From positions 105,836,001 through 105,900,000 of the forward strand of contig NC_086108.1 of NCBI RefSeq assembly GCF_963921235.1: 64,000 bases of DNA, written 5' to 3'. Position 1 is the first letter of the stretch. Each line of letters starts with the position of its first letter. This stretch comes from Mobula hypostoma (lineage: Eukaryota). This document shows, in pieces, positions 62,581 through 64,000 of this stretch. The translations under genes were made by a program, and so were the position numbers. Below the pieces are notes generated by a model. That model saw nothing but the letters and a program-made list of their open reading frames with translations, was not told the DNA's origin and did not search any database.

Positions 62581-63250
62581 GACCTATATAGTCCCTGAAA
62601 CTCCCTAAAGCTCAAAAGTTGCATTGAGGCCAAGACCTGCTCTCAGTTTCAGATGGATGCTCTCCAGCACCCAGCAGACTCAATCAGTGACGTGGCTCCT
62701 TTCTCCTGCTGCATGACTGAACCTTATTCCTCAGAGTGTAGCGTCGAAGAAAGGTATATGAAAAGAGCACTTTGCACTGAGAGCACAAAACAGAACAAGA
62801 CCCACGTTCATACTTCAAAGCCATTAAATGAAAGCTCTTCATAAATGTTTGAGCAAAGTCAATGCAAATCTGACTGCTGTTCTCTTGAAAAATCACTTTG
62901 AAAGACAAGTGTATGACTTAGATGTCAAACTGATCTTTTAAAATGATTAGAAAATGTAACCTGGATTTTATTATTCAGGCAAACAGAGCTCAGTCATTGT
63001 AGAATACTTCTGAAGTGACTGTATTAAAATTGATTTTGCAGACACTGTCACAGCATCCAGTGTTTAATCATTCTTCCATGTTCAATTATTGATTATCCAA
63101 GGTGGCTCCAGAGAAGATTTCATAATTTCCAATCAAATTTTATCATATTGCAGTTAAACTGTTCTCTGTTGCCCTTACCTGCTTACCTAGAGGCATTTCT
63201 TTATTCAGTTTCTTCATTTTAACCTTGAAGATACAGACATAGATCAACTG

Positions 63251-63900
63251 TCAGTGGCCACTTTATTAGGCTCCCCCTCCTCTGGCTATCCATCCCATAG
63301 GATGATGATGGTTCCTTTCAGTCAGTTAGTGGGGTGGTACCCCACTCCTCAGAAAAGAACAGCCTGTGCGTGAATGGATTTTAGGTGAGTAGGGGGTTGC
63401 ACAGGTCCAGACCCACCCTCTCAACATCCCCTCCTGGATCCAGTGGCATGGTGGGGTCCAAGACGGCTGGGGGAAGTTCTGTTGCGGTGAATGGCCAGAC
63501 CAAGCTTCGATGCAAGGGATGACCTTTCCGCGCTTCACGGCACATGTTTGCTAGATGGCCGCTGACCCTACGAGAGGGTTCATCCGCCCTTTGACAGGTC
63601 TTGTTTTTCATCCTGCAGGGTGTCTAGCCACCCTCCTGACCAGGCAAGCCTGGTGGGGGAGCCGGTTTAGTCGCCGACCACCTGACTGTGCTACAGGTAG
63701 TACTGGGTTACATGGTACCAGTAGCACTCAGACCAGTGACCTGGCCTGAACTTTATTAGGTACAGAGTGTATGTTCATGGTCTTCTGCTGCTGTAGCCCA
63801 TCCACTTCAAGGTTTAAAGTGTTGTGCATTCAGAGATGCTCTTCTGCATATCACTATGGTAATGCATGGCTATTTCCATTAATGTGGCTGACATGCCATC
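63251..63900 (-). mobile_element. Tc1 non-autonomous element end, TIR split by a retroelement
   Basis: TCAGTGGCCACTTTATTAGG ... ACTTTATTAGGTACA, then sequence antiparallel to 22490-22600. Confidence 0.8.
63271..63749 (-). mobile_element. Full-length non-autonomous RTE-tailed element
   Basis: TSD ACTTTATTAGG at 63260-63270 and 63750-63760; tail CATCCTATGGGATGGATAGCCAGAGG. Confidence 0.75.
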
Positions 63901-64000
63901 ATGCAGTAGCCTCTGTATCGTAAGTACTTGTCAGGCCAGCCGTGTCTTGATAGTATATGCCAAAGAGCTTGCCGGTCTGCTGTATCAAGTACCATTGTCA

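Noticed and set aside
63187..63223. 37-nt minus-strand mini-exon VKMKKLNKEMPL with GTAAG donor
   Set aside because: Too short to distinguish from chance, and no partner exons were identified on that strand.
1..64000. CRISPR arrays, operons or prokaryotic defence RT systems
   Set aside because: No regularly spaced repeat-spacer array; every RT and endonuclease ORF carries vertebrate retrotransposon motifs, tails or TSDs.

Overview
Eukaryotic, repeat-saturated vertebrate DNA. The repeat content (CR1 with (TTCTATG)n tails, V-SINE, DeuSINE, Rex1/Babar, Penelope with hammerhead motifs, Tc1 MITEs) points to a cartilaginous fish, probably a ray; this is an inference. I could not recognise any host protein-coding gene. 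All long ORFs I could assign are retrotransposon ORFs or their antisense shadows. They come from CR1, Rex1/Babar, RTE, L1, Tx1, Hero (R2 superfamily), two Penelope families and two Gypsy elements, often nested and often with readable target-site duplications (TSDs). The most interesting signals are non-autonomous elements: (1) two internally deleted 'bipartite' Rex1 derivatives; (2) a YY1-motif-headed SINE-like family with a terminal stem-loop and no Pol III boxes; (3) a tRNA-CORE SINE carrying a bipartite RTE body, with a related RTE derivative in the same window; (4) several bipartite RTE families; (5) a composite element bracketed by inverted Tc1 MITEs that carries captured DNA; (6) foldback Penelope ends containing minimal hammerhead ribozyme motifs. 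A few exon-like and enhancer-like unique islands are reported at low confidence. Coordinates were read by eye and are approximate except where TSDs are quoted.
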